Of a stretch of DNA of 64,000 nucleotides, positions 23,930 to 35,399 are shown one piece after another. The first letter of the stretch is position 1, and each line of letters starts with the position of its first letter. This DNA is from Octopus sinensis (lineage: Eukaryota). The notes beneath the pieces are model-generated. The model was not told where the DNA came from, ran no database searches, and saw only the letters and a list, made by a program, of their open reading frames with translations. The stretch is taken from assembly GCF_006345805.1 (NCBI RefSeq), contig NC_043004.1, positions 29,326,001 through 29,390,000 of the forward strand. The letters run 5' to 3'. The position numbers were made by a program, and so were the translations under genes.

Positions 23930-24445
23930 TTTGGTGCTACGATAATGTTATCATTTTTTAGCTTTGATTGGCTCGTGGGGAGGCGGCCATCATTGCCGTT
24001 ACAATTATAATCGTACCATTATAGCAGCCGTAGTCGGCTTATTATTGTTATTATCATCACCATTATTATCACTATCATCATTATCACCACCATTACCATC
24101 ATCATTATCATCATCACCATCACCATCACCACCATCATTATCAATGATATTGTTTTATGTGTAGTCACAGCAGTATCTTATTATTGTTATTTTTGTTTTG
24201 TTTTGTTTTTTTTATCATTATCACCATCACAGTAGTGTCTGTCTGTCTCGTTGGCTGGCTTGGTGGTTGGCTGGCTGACTGTCTTCAACGCCAGAGTTCT
24301 TGCCTGTCAAATAATACTTTCATATTTGGTTAACAGTAGAGTGTTGGTTGAACTCTTTGAGTGTGTGTGTGTGTGTAGATAGATAGATAGTTTATCAGCA
24401 CTATTACTATCATTATTATCATCATCACCAAAAGTGATATTTAAA

Positions 24446-24448
<3 letters not shown>

Positions 24449-24476
<28 letters not shown>

Positions 24477-25452
24477 AGGTGGGGTCCTATCGGTCAAAAA
24501 AAGTTCAGATGTTTACTACTATTAGGCTTAAGAAAAATTAAGGAAGGGCTGTTCTGTATTGTTTGTGAATAGAGAAGTTGTGTTCGACCAGAGAGAATCT
24601 TAGCATCATCATTTTTTTTTTCCATGTGCGTTTGTGTTATTGCAATAAAAAGTGTTTGTATATTTCGTGTAAGGTAATATTGTGGAGGTTGAAGTTGACT
24701 TTTCTAGAGATGTTTGTATGTCCAGTTAGAAGAACGGGTGTGTTTTTACAATAAAAAGTATATGTTTACATTTATATTTGAATATTCAGGGAGGAAGCAA
24801 AGAAAAGTCAGATTTTCATAGAAAGTTTTAGGGTTTTGTAAGTCCACAAAAAGAAAAGCGTGATGTTTTTAGAGAGAAGAAAAAAAAAAGAAAAAAAAGG
24901 ATGTCTACAGAGGCAATTGTGGGTATCAAAGTTTTTAAAGCTGGTCGAATGTATGATTGAAAACTGTAGATATGTAACTTTGTAAATTTTCTTAACTTAT
25001 TTTGAAGGGCTGTTCTGTATTATTTGTGAATAGAGAAGCTGCGTTCGACCAGAGAGAATCTTAGCATCATTATTTTTTCCATGTGCGTTTGTGTTATTGC
25101 AATAAAAAGTGTTTGTATATTTCGTGCAAGGTAATATTGTGGAGGTTGAAGTTGACCCCTCTAGAGATGTTTGTATGTCCAGTTAGAAGAACAGGTGTGT
25201 TTTTGCAATAAAAAGTATATGTTTACATTTATATTTGAATATTCTGGGAGGAAGCAAAGAAAAGTCAAATTTTCATAGAAAGTTTTAGGGTTTTGCAAGT
25301 CCACAAAAAGAAAAGCGTGATGTTTTTAGAGAGAAGAAAAAAAAGGGTGCTTACAGAGGCAGTTGTGGGTATTAAAGTTTTTAAAGCCGATCGGATGTAT
25401 GTTTGAAAGCTGCAGATATGTAAATTTGTAAATTTCTTAACCCACTTTGAAG
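24449..25452 (-). mobile_element. Poly(A)-tailed retroposed fragment (possibly L1/Tx1 3' end) with a ~461-bp tandem duplication
   Basis: T-run at about 24449-24477; near-identical units at 24543-25003 and 25004-25452. Confidence 0.5.
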
Positions 25453-25635
25453 AGAATTTCAAATACTCACGAGGTATTGTAGATGTTCCAGTCTTTGAGA
25501 GTTATTTTTCCCCGTTGCTAAACTGGCCCATATTAGTGTTTCTATGGCTTTCGGCCACCGAACTGTCAGAGCAGTGAGGAACACGTCCAGCCGCTGTCAA
25601 GGCTGGCGCTCTTATTCTTATTCTTATTCTTATTC

Positions 25636-25672
<37 letters not shown>

Positions 25673-25725
25673 CATCATCATCATTATTATTACTACTATT
25701 GTTATTACTATAACCATTATTATAT

Positions 25726-25945
25726 AGACGGCGAGCTGGCAGAATCATTACACGCTGGACGAAATGCTGAGCGGTGTTTTGCCCGTCGCTACGTTATGAG
25801 TTCAAATTCCACCGAGATCGACTTTTCCTTTCATCATTTTGGGGTCAATAAATTAAGTATCAGTGAAACACTGTGAACGATGTAATCAACTCGTCCCCTC
25901 CCCCAAAATGTCAGGCCTTGTGCCTTTAGTAGAAAAGATTATTAT
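25726..25945 (+). mobile_element. SINE family B, (ATT)n-tailed subtype
   Basis: Colinear with the copy at 8912; preceded and followed by (TAT)/(TGT) repeats. Confidence 0.85.
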
Positions 25946-27816
25946 TGTTGTTGTTGTTGTTGTTGTTTCAATTTTATGTGCAAGTATGAGTGTATACACA
26001 AATACACCACGTTAATAATGGGACCCTTGAGCAGGGGACAAGGAAGCTCCAGCGTTGTATCATTACAGTGATTTGCTTTTGTTCCTCTTTGTTTAGAATT
26101 CGAAGTTTGCCTCATTGGCTTAGCTTTTCATTCTTAGAGGGCAGATAAAATAAGTGCCAGACATACATTGGGTTTGATTCAGTTGACTATATATCCACTA
26201 TAGAATATTTTTTGTTTCTCACTCTGACGTAAGAACTGTGTTTGTGTATGTGTGCGGGCGCGCGTGCTCATAAAATACTCCTACTACATTCCAAGTAGAT
26301 CTAACCCAACTCATATTATTCATTCTTCAACTTCCCACGCAGCTTTGCACCAATTTAAGATTTTTGTTTGAGTATGCAATATACATAGCTATTTTGGATT
26401 ATCTCTAAGAAAGTTCAACGACAATGTACATCACATTGAATCACAATAAAATCCACTTAATCTCCTTCTCCAGATTGCAAATTCCATTACAGCCTAGTTA
26501 GTCTTATCTAGTTAATACGTTACATATTGCAACTGTTTTCCGTTCAGATTAAAAAATAGAATCTACTGTCAGTAAAATGTTTCTATTCATTGAAGTTAGT
26601 CACAAGATAAATATTAAGGTATAATGTTCATTGCCATACATGCTTCTTCTTGTGTCCAAATAATTTCCGATCATCTTGTTATTATTATCATCGATTCAAG
26701 GAAGGAAAAGAGAGAAAAGGAACAAACAAAGAGGAGGAGTACAGTACCTGTTGCACTGCAATTCCATAACTATAACCCGGGCTAGTCTTTCATTTATATT
26801 GCTTTCTTTGTTTCGGTTTAAAATTTCAAATTGATAAAACTAAAACATTTCAAACGAAATCTAATATTCAAAGGTAAAAATGAAATAAGTTTCAGGACTT
26901 TAGGTATTTTCATTTTTTTCTTCTTTTTTCCTTTTCGAAATTTCATTTTTAAGTTATTAAAATTGTGAGTACTGAAGTAAATAAACTATAGAATATTACA
27001 TCCTTTACAAAAAAAAATCTGAAATATAGCGTGATATCCACCATGAGATCTCGATAAGTAGTCTTCACAACACATCACATCATCAGATTTAATGAAGTAA
27101 CCTTTACAACACAATGATGTCACATAAGGTCTTCACACATACTTTTCACAACATCGCTATAAACAACAATTATAAGTACAAATTCTGTCAAATAACCAAA
27201 ATATATCGAAATTTTTATACTTTTGTTGTATTTTATATTGAAGATATGTTACATAATACATAAGTTTTGCCGTTATCCCCTCTATCTGAAAAAGGGAAAG
27301 CAACAAAAATAAACACTGTCTGAAGACTAATCGCTCTAGGATAAAGAAGTGGAAAGGATTAAATTGCTTTGAAGAATAATCAAATATGTTTCTTTGCGCT
27401 ACAAGATGGAAAATTATTAATCGATTATTTCGGAGGATGGAGGGATCCTATAAGTGAAAAAATCAGCATGAAAATAAATTTACTTTACATTTTTGTTGTA
27501 TTTGCTTCCAGATTATAGTTATGAAAGATTCCATCACGAAATATCTTTGGATATATGAAATGGTAGCCTTTGATATAACTGTTCAAGTCAGTCTTAATGT
27601 ATTCATCTCTTATTCTTAATAGAAACTACTTTTAGATCAAGTCACTTGATCTCCAATACAAATTTGAAATATCTCTTCCATAAAACGGATCAGACGAGAA
27701 TTAAGCTGGAGTGGATATATACATACAGGCGCGCGCGCGTGCGTGTTGTATACATATATATATATATATTTAAATATGTGGAGTGATGAATAATGTTTTC
27801 TTTTGTTTAATTTCAG

Positions 27817-27881
27817 ATTACGCAATTTAAGGTGGCAGAGATGGAATGTGAGCTTTCATGCCTTTCCCAGTGGCCCCAAAG
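27817..27881 (+). other. Candidate 65-nt orphan exon
   Basis: Polypyrimidine tract ending TTTCAG| and a donor AAG|GTGAGA; two frames are open. Confidence 0.3.
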
Positions 27882-28658
27882 GTGAGAGTGAAATACAGTC
27901 ACCCCAAATGAAGATTAAAATCACGACGGTTACCTTTTACTTTATAATGTTCCCTGTGGGTGGTGGATAATGTAGTCAATATGAAAAATAACTGCTAATG
28001 TAAATATAAGTATAAACGCAAAGGAGGAGAATTATAGAATGAACTACCTTCAGAACATGTCGGATTCATTGATATCAGAGTAACGAAAGGCAATGTCAAC
28101 CCCGGGCAGATTTCTATCATTATTTATTCCTCAGTAATATTTCAGTATGTGATTAGAGTTCAATGTTCAATATTTCGACTGGAGACTGATAACGTTGCAC
28201 AGTGTATAAAAGTTAAATTATAATTAATAAAATATTTCATGCACCACCAGTGAACATGCTACGACAGCATCTAAGCTCTCAACCAGTTGAATCTATAAAT
28301 TTGATCTCGATTCCTCGGTGTAGATATTTTACTGCACTTAGGCTACTGAAGCAATTCGGAAAGACATGAATGTCCCAATTTTCCATTTCTATTACCCATT
28401 CTAAAATTGAAATACTGCACCTATGAAAAAAACGTTATAACTAGATATAAAGATATAAATTATGTTGTCAGTATTCACTTACCGTCTTGACAACATGATT
28501 AAGACACGATAATCGATAAAGATAACGTGACGACAGAGGTACTTTATTAAGAAAATAACCATCTGAAACTATTTTTAGTGGCTTGAAACAAAATATTGTT
28601 TTCTTGAAATAAAAATCACTGGATTCAATCATTTCTCAATAATTCTATTTCCTTCACA

Positions 28659-28884
28659 GAGGAAGTTTAGACTAATGGCTCAAGCGCGAGAGACAATCAG
28701 AATTTAGATTAAGAATTCAACTCTTGAGGACTATCAGTTTAGATTGACAATTCAAGCAGGGAGGATTAGAAGAGTTTATATTAACAGTTCAAGCCCAGAA
28801 GGCAATCAGAATTTAAATAAATGGTTTAAGCCCGGAAGATTATCAGAGTTTAGACTAACAGCTCATGTTCAGAAGACTATCAGG
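28659..28884. repeat. Degenerate ~37-bp minisatellite, about 6 copies
   Basis: Recurring agagtttagactaacagttcaagcccagaagactatc-like unit. Confidence 0.75.
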
Positions 28885-28949
28885 GATAGTCAAAATGTTA
28901 GAATTCAGGAAACAATATGAAAATAGAATTTAATTTAAATCTTCCGAAT

Positions 28950-30046
28950 GAAAATAACCTTGTTTTATCTTTGATTATATTTCCCTATGAGGCGTTATGG
29001 TAAGGTCCTTTGTGAAGCATTATCGTAAAATCCACCTCGTGTATTTGTCATTGCAGTTTACGATAATCAATACAAAGTATTTCGCTATAGAGCTTATTGT
29101 CATTTTCACCAGTTCTTTAGCAATAGGATTTGTGAAGCTAACTATAAATTTAATAACATTTTGTCATTCCAATTTAGGTAGCACAAATCCCTTGAAATAG
29201 TTGTTGAGCAACCTACGATCAGTCTGACTGAGTAGACGTCTGCTGATAGTAGATAGTCAGTCGATCAATAAACGTTGCCGGATGTCTAACACTTCATATG
29301 TATCATGCCATCACCTAGATGAGGACTATATTGCATATACTTAATGTGCAATGATTTATTACATGAGGCGATGAATCTTCACTAAGACATGTTGCATTTT
29401 GTACACTGTACAGTCTATTTTTGTATAACTCTTATGTACTGTTTGTAAATAGAGCAGATATGATATGAATTGTTATTCTCGTCGGCGAGAAATAGTTCAT
29501 GATCCTCTGTATTTAACTCTGGTTTTGTGCAATCCTGACTGAATTTGAATTTAGTACTGTTGATGATACTGCTATTTTTGGTTTGTGGTTTGTGTTTTGT
29601 TATGTTAATACAGTTAAGTAGGGAAGAACAAGCTCTTGAGATGATGGTGGAACAGTATTCTGGAGTTACTTTGTTTCGAGTTATTTTGTTTCTAAATGAC
29701 TAATATTTCATCTTTTATTTCCTTTAGTTTTCTATTAAAGTCGGTAAGGATTAATCAGATTGTTTTGTATGTTCTTTGAGCTCTCTTTGTTCCGTCATTT
29801 TAACTTCATAGATATTGACATCGGCGACAACTATGATTGTCACACGCTGACGAGAGGTCAATACCTCGAAACTCGAGTCCGTGTGTATCATAAGTTGAAG
29901 ACGGGAAGGATGACTTCCCTTTGCAAATACTGACAGGACACAGATAGTGTGTCTATGGCCAGCTGGAGGAGTGTGTCCTCCTGGGGCTAAAAACTACAGT
30001 AGCATCCACCCTTAGGGGTTAGCCATATTGAAATGGCAAAAATACG

Positions 30047-30050
<4 letters not shown>
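28950..30050 (-). mobile_element. Putative decayed 5' part of an RTE-clade LINE (5' UTR plus APE endonuclease remnant)
   Basis: Minus-strand remnants VQNATCLSEDS and SIAKYFVLIIVNCN resemble APE motifs. The 5' UTR start is shared with 51812-51920. Confidence 0.4.
29828..29897 (+). ncRNA. Canonical type I hammerhead ribozyme
   Basis: Stem I CACACG/CGTGTG plus extension TATGAT/ATCATA and CAAC/GTTG, core CTGACGA at 29847-29853, stem II GAGG-TCAATA-CCTC, GAAA, palindromic stem III ACTCGAGT, GUC cleavage triplet (cut at 29879/29880). Confidence 0.88.
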
Positions 30051-30125
<75 letters not shown>

Positions 30126-30127
30126 TA

Positions 30128-30290
30128 CACTTCACCAATTGACAACTGGTATTGGTTTATGTCCCCATAACTAAGCGGCACGACAAAAGAACCGATACAA
30201 TAAGTACCAGTAAAAAAAAAAGTCAGTACTGGGGTCTGGGGTTGATTTGTTCGACTAAACCCTTCGAGGAGGTGCTCCAGCATGGCTACA
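30128..30290 (+). mobile_element. SINE family A, 3' fragment
   Basis: ttgacaactgg..taagtaccag..ttgatttgttcgactaaac..gtgctccagcatggc. Confidence 0.75.
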
Positions 30291-30508
30291 TGTTCTCTGT
30301 ATAAAAACAGAATTTTCGAACTCCAGTCAGAAGCAAAGCAGTTGCGACATGGCCCTACGTCTTTCTATCTTAATTAACTTTTTAAAATAAGATAAATCTG
30401 TGAAAACGGGTAGCCTTTAAAACTAAACCATCTAAAAGACTTCTAGTGCATTTTCAGCTTTTTTTTCTATATTTCTACTTATTTGGAATATAATAACTTT
30501 GTTTTGTG

Positions 30509-30553
<45 letters not shown>

Positions 30554-30568
30554 TGTGTGTGTGTGTGT

Positions 30569-30605
<37 letters not shown>

Positions 30606-30613
30606 GTGTGTGC

Positions 30614-30681
<68 letters not shown>

Positions 30682-31802
30682 GCGAATGTTATCGCTAATT
30701 GGCTATTTCCATTACTTTGAGGCATTGAAATTAGTACTATTGGACGATAGTTGGTAGGGTCAGAGGAGTTCCTTTTATTGTTTATGGGATACACTAACAT
30801 GTTTTCAAAACTAAGAATATATACCAAAGAGAGAGAGAGAGATAGAGGGAGAGGGAGAGAGAGTTAAAGAGAAAGGGGGAGAGAGAAGCATGTGATGTAT
30901 TTGTTAAGTACAGGATATGCAATATTAGAGAACAAGTGTTTGTTAACTGGTTGTTGTTATATATTTATTATAAACACAACGCAATGTTTATGACGGAATT
31001 CGAACTGGTTGCCGTCTACTGCTGACACCTACAACTCTGTGATATGTCATTTTATCAGAGCATAATATTCACTCCCATTCATTTTCCATTTACTTTCTAT
31101 CTTTTATTTTTTCTTACTTTTCGCTTTTGTTTTGCTTTTGTTTGTTTTTTGTTTGTTTGTTTGTTTTTTGTTTTTGTGGGGTGGGAGTATTTTGTTTTCT
31201 TTTGTTTTCTTTTGGCTTTTTACTAGTTACAATCGTTTAGAGGGAAGAAATAGGCCAGTTGTTTACAATATTAGATTACAAGTTTTAATGCCTAAATATA
31301 AATTTAAGTGACCTCAAACTGAAATGTAACAGAGAAATTGATAGTAGTAATAGCAGTAACAGCATTAAAAGCAGTAGTGTTTCTTCAGAGACGTAGTAAT
31401 AGTAGTAATAGTAGTAAGAGCATTAAAAGCAGTAGTGTTTCTTCCATCAGAGACGGAGGTGTCATACTATTTACATCTGTTTTCTCTCTGGTAAGACCTA
31501 ATATTTTTAAATCTTTCATTTCGATTTCTCCTTATTTTTTCCTTCCTATTGTCTTGTTATCTTTATACTCCGTGTTTTATAAATGCAGAACACCGAAAAT
31601 CAGTGGAGTGGTGGAGATGTACTACTTTATTACATTGTTTTATGTTCTGACTTCAAATACCGACCAGATCCATTTTAACTTTTTCCTTACTGGGTTTTAT
31701 TCTTACTACTTCTCTTTTTTAAACATCATTTAAGTACTGGGTTTCATTATATTAACTATACAGTTCCCCCAAAATGTGTGTCCTTGTGCCGATGTTACGA
31801 AA

Positions 31803-31884
<82 letters not shown>

Positions 31885-31885
<1 letters not shown>

Positions 31886-32040
31886 GGCAGTGACCTAGAA
31901 GAGTTGTTAGCACACCGGGCGAAATGCTTAGCGGCATTTCGCCCGTCCTTACGTTTCTGAATTCAAATGCCGGTTGACTTTGCCTTTTATCCTTTTGGAG
32001 TTGAATTAAGTGCCAGTTAGGAACTGGGGTCGATGCAATA
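31885..32040 (+). mobile_element. SINE family B, partial
   Basis: gttagcacaccgggcgaaatgcttagcggcatttcg..gactttgcctttt..ctggggtcgatg. Confidence 0.75.
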
Positions 32041-32149
32041 GGAGAAAGTTTTATGTTGGCTTTCGTAGAGGGTTATAGGTGAGCAAAAAAGGAAAACACT
32101 GGATTTTCATGAAAATCAACAGACTGGTTTATTCTGGAGAACTTTCGCG

Positions 32150-33325
32150 TATTATCATTATTTATCTTGTTGAAACGCAGCAACTTCCCTGCAGAATGTC
32201 CACAATTGGTAGACTACGGTAACGCTTTTCATTCCGATTTTGATAACTCTGCGGAAGAATGGAACAGTTCCAAGCAACACTGTTTTCTGTAGATGTTTTG
32301 CATTCACATTTACTCCTATCTTTTTATTCCGATATTTGAGCTTGTTACTTATAATACCCATGGCTACAATAACAATAGAGATCACACCTACCTTTAATGG
32401 CTACAGTCTTTTTTCCCTCTTCAAGTCATCATATCTCACCTGTTTCTTTTCATTTTCTTTTTTGTCACTGTCATCACCAGGGCATACTTCTATGATTAAA
32501 CAGATGTTTTTCCTCTTAATTAATTACCTCAATATCATTACATCTTGCAGTATCTTTATTTTCTCATTCGTGCCCATTCCACGTCTTTACTCTCTCTAAT
32601 CCATACTTATCACACAACTCCTTGTAACTCATTCTTGCAACTTTATTGTATTTTCTTTTGTATTACTTTGTGCTAGCTTCGTATACACATTTACAATATG
32701 CCAAACAGTTTCACCTTCATCAACTCACAATCTGCATTTGTTACTTTCAATTGTATTATCAATCCTGCATTTGGCGTAATTTGCCCTTAAGTGTTTGTTC
32801 TTGCGCACCTTCCATCGGCGTCTCATTTCAGCTCACCCCTCTCGTAATCTACCCGTACATATTTTTCATTCCATTTTCTTTCATTTTCATTATTCCTTTT
32901 TTCTCTTTGTTTTTGTATTATTTTGTCCCCCAAACAAGAGTCAGCCCTGTCTATGGCAAATATAAACAACTTCCACAGCTGATTAGCCCTCGCCCACCTT
33001 TGTGTCTGATTCGATACAGCCTGTCAATGTAGCTCTTCAGGAATAATGTGCCGTGCATTGTGAGTAGTTTTCTAAATTTTCTGTCTAACGACTGTAATTC
33101 TGCTTTCCTCCAAATGTTAATACATTTCAATATATAATTCAATAATTCAATTTGCCCATGTATTGATTACTTGAAACTTATTTCTTCCATTCAGTTTTAA
33201 CTGCTGCACCAGTCAAAGTCTTTGGAGAAACTTTTTGATTCGTTTCTTTTCCATCACTGCATCACCTCCAATATGCTCAGATATTTATACTCAGCATCAG
33301 CCATCCTTTTCATTATTTCTTCTAA
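32150..33325 (-). mobile_element. Strongly decayed R4/Dong-clade fragment
   Basis: LDRKFRKLLTMHG..YIDRLY..KGGRGLI and LQKTVLLGT remnants match the 20-23 kb element. Confidence 0.8.
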
Positions 33326-33330
33326 TGAAA

Positions 33331-33558
33331 GTGACGAACAGGCAGAATCGCTTGCACACCAGGCTAAATGCTTGGCAGAATTTCGTCTGCCTTTATGTTC
33401 TGGGTTCAAATTCCAATGAGGTCAATGAGGTCAACTTTGTCTTTCTTCCTTTCGAAATCGATTAAATAAGTACCAGTTGAATACTGAGGTTGATGTAATC
33501 GATTTACACCCATCTCCTTAAAATTTCAAGCCTTGAACCTATGGCAGAAATGATTATT
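33331..33558 (+). mobile_element. SINE family B, degenerate
   Basis: Colinear with the other family B copies. Confidence 0.75.
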
Positions 33559-34159
33559 TCCTCTGATGGTAGTATACGTCACGAATATTACTCCACATTT
33601 TTTAAAATCAAATTCCATTTCGATGTCCTTGCTAAAACAATGATTAACTAAAGAACTAACTTCGGCTCCGTCCTTATTATACAGCTTTGAAATTATCCAT
33701 AAATAATAAATGGTTGATATTTCGCTGTTTTCCTTTAAGCTTATATCCAGATGTTACTTTTCTCAGTATCAATGATAAAGGAATTATTCATAAAACAAAA
33801 AGTAAAGTAGATAAACTATCTCCTTGAAAAATCTCTCTCTTCATTCTTAATGTTTCTAGGTTTTATCCACATGATGTGAGCTCAGATTTTCAACTATTAT
33901 ACTTTTTTTTCTTTCTTTTTTTTTGTTTGAAGTATCCTTAAAACAGTCCTGTTCACTCAATAGTTGTCCACTCAGGAATCTCCCAATTTTCGTTGACCAG
34001 TGTATTAAGCTCATCTGTTATTCTTTTACGATAACCTGTCAGCTTCACTGCTCAATACTTTTGAACACCATCAGATCCAGCTGCTTTCTAGTTACTCATC
34101 ATCCTATTTGTCTCATATTTTCTTTTTCTGTTGTGAACAAGAAACAGACTCCTTTAAAT

Positions 34160-35260
34160 TTTGGTCCGAAATCCAAGTGATTTGACCTGGACCTCCAAGT
34201 GGACAAGAACTGGTTGGGGCGGGAGTGTCGAGTATGGTAGCCAATCTCAACTAGAAATGGACAGAGAGGAAATTGTCCCTGAAGGATCAGACTGGGTGGC
34301 CAATGTGTACATCGCTTCTGTCATCTACTACCGCCTGACTGCCATCCCTTGTCCTGTTTAACGACTGACCAAGCTGGAGCACTTGTTCTTCTGCTTTCTG
34401 TGTAAGGGACGTGTTCCGTTCTTCAGTTGACCCATCTGCTGTCAACAGCTGTTGAGTGGAGTTCTGGGCATGCTGTGACTAATGATACGCAGACATGCGT
34501 TGAGGCTGCGGCTTTCGGCAGCTTGTCTCACTGACGGAGCACTATTCCTGAATCAAGTGTAGACTGAGAAAGGGCGCTTGATACCTGGAGTGTCAACAAG
34601 CGCTCATAGCGCTCTGCCAGTGGGACAATGCGGTCGGTAGAAGTTCCGCATTGGAATTCTATAGGAGATTAGTAGCGAGTAAGAGCGACGTTGTCCTCAG
34701 CGTAACTCTGGGAGAACATTCGGGCCAGAGCCTGTGGATAATTTCCGGAAATCCCTGGCCTGGCAGTGTTACCGAGGAGCTCTACCGGTTCGAGTCAAGT
34801 TGTACAGGCACAGAAGCGTTGTTAGACGAACATGTTCGAGATGTGCCCAGTGTCTGGGCATTGCTGACTTGTAGAGGTCTGTCGAACAGCTGTTGAAAGA
34901 ACTGAAAACAGATACTTTCCTCTAAAATTTATTGTTCGAATTTATATTGTTCAATGTTATTGCTTTTTTACTCTATACACGCACTATATGTAAATCTCCA
35001 CTGCCCTTCGCATTCTATCGTCCTCTGTTTTTGTGTACGGCTCTTGTGGCCAATCAAGAAATAATTACTGTCATCATCATTATCATCATTATCATCCTTC
35101 ATTTGCACATTGATGATCTTGTTGACACTGGATCGCTTAATTTACTTCGTATCAAGTTGTGTTATCTCAAATAAACAGTACATTCCACAGGATACTTGCT
35201 GTGACCAAAAGTAGTCGTAATACCGGGTTAGAATGGGCCGAAGTTAGAAGGATGGCCAAC
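34160..35260 (+). mobile_element. Decayed Tx1-like fragment
   Basis: ttctataggagattagtagcgagtaagagcgacg and gtcgaacagctg align to positions 2040-2375 of the Tx1 copy. Confidence 0.55.
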
Positions 35261-35399
35261 TTCACCCAAAAATAGACTGAGAAGAAGCCACACCTAAAAG
35301 GCTGAGCCGACGTAAAGAATAACATTGTCTCAGTGATAATTTACCAACCAGCTGTCATGCCTAGTCCCAGTCTTTCTGTTGAGGGGTGTCTGTTTCACT

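Larger units (their letters stand above)
20087..24040 (-). mobile_element. Near full-length R4/Dong-clade non-LTR retrotransposon (RT plus RLE endonuclease)
   Basis: N-terminal KWTREEYKEVIYAYY motif, RT domain, CCHC and RLE domains, and a 3' UTR ending in an A-rich tract then (TAA)n. The 5' boundary is approximate. Confidence 0.92.

Noticed and set aside
23930-24010. Possible HDV-like ribozyme at the 5' end of the R4/Dong element (GCC-TCCCCACG-AGC plus a downstream hairpin)
   Set aside because: A P3/L3-like and a P4-like segment are present, but I could not pair P1 or P2, or find the J4/2 motif.
26748-26840. Minus-strand exon candidate (..NERLARVIVMELQCNR|GT)
   Set aside because: The acceptor is weak and the peptide unrecognised; chance occurrence is likely.
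28659-28884. CRISPR-like periodic repeat
   Set aside because: The units are contiguous with no unique spacers, the context is eukaryotic and there are no cas genes.
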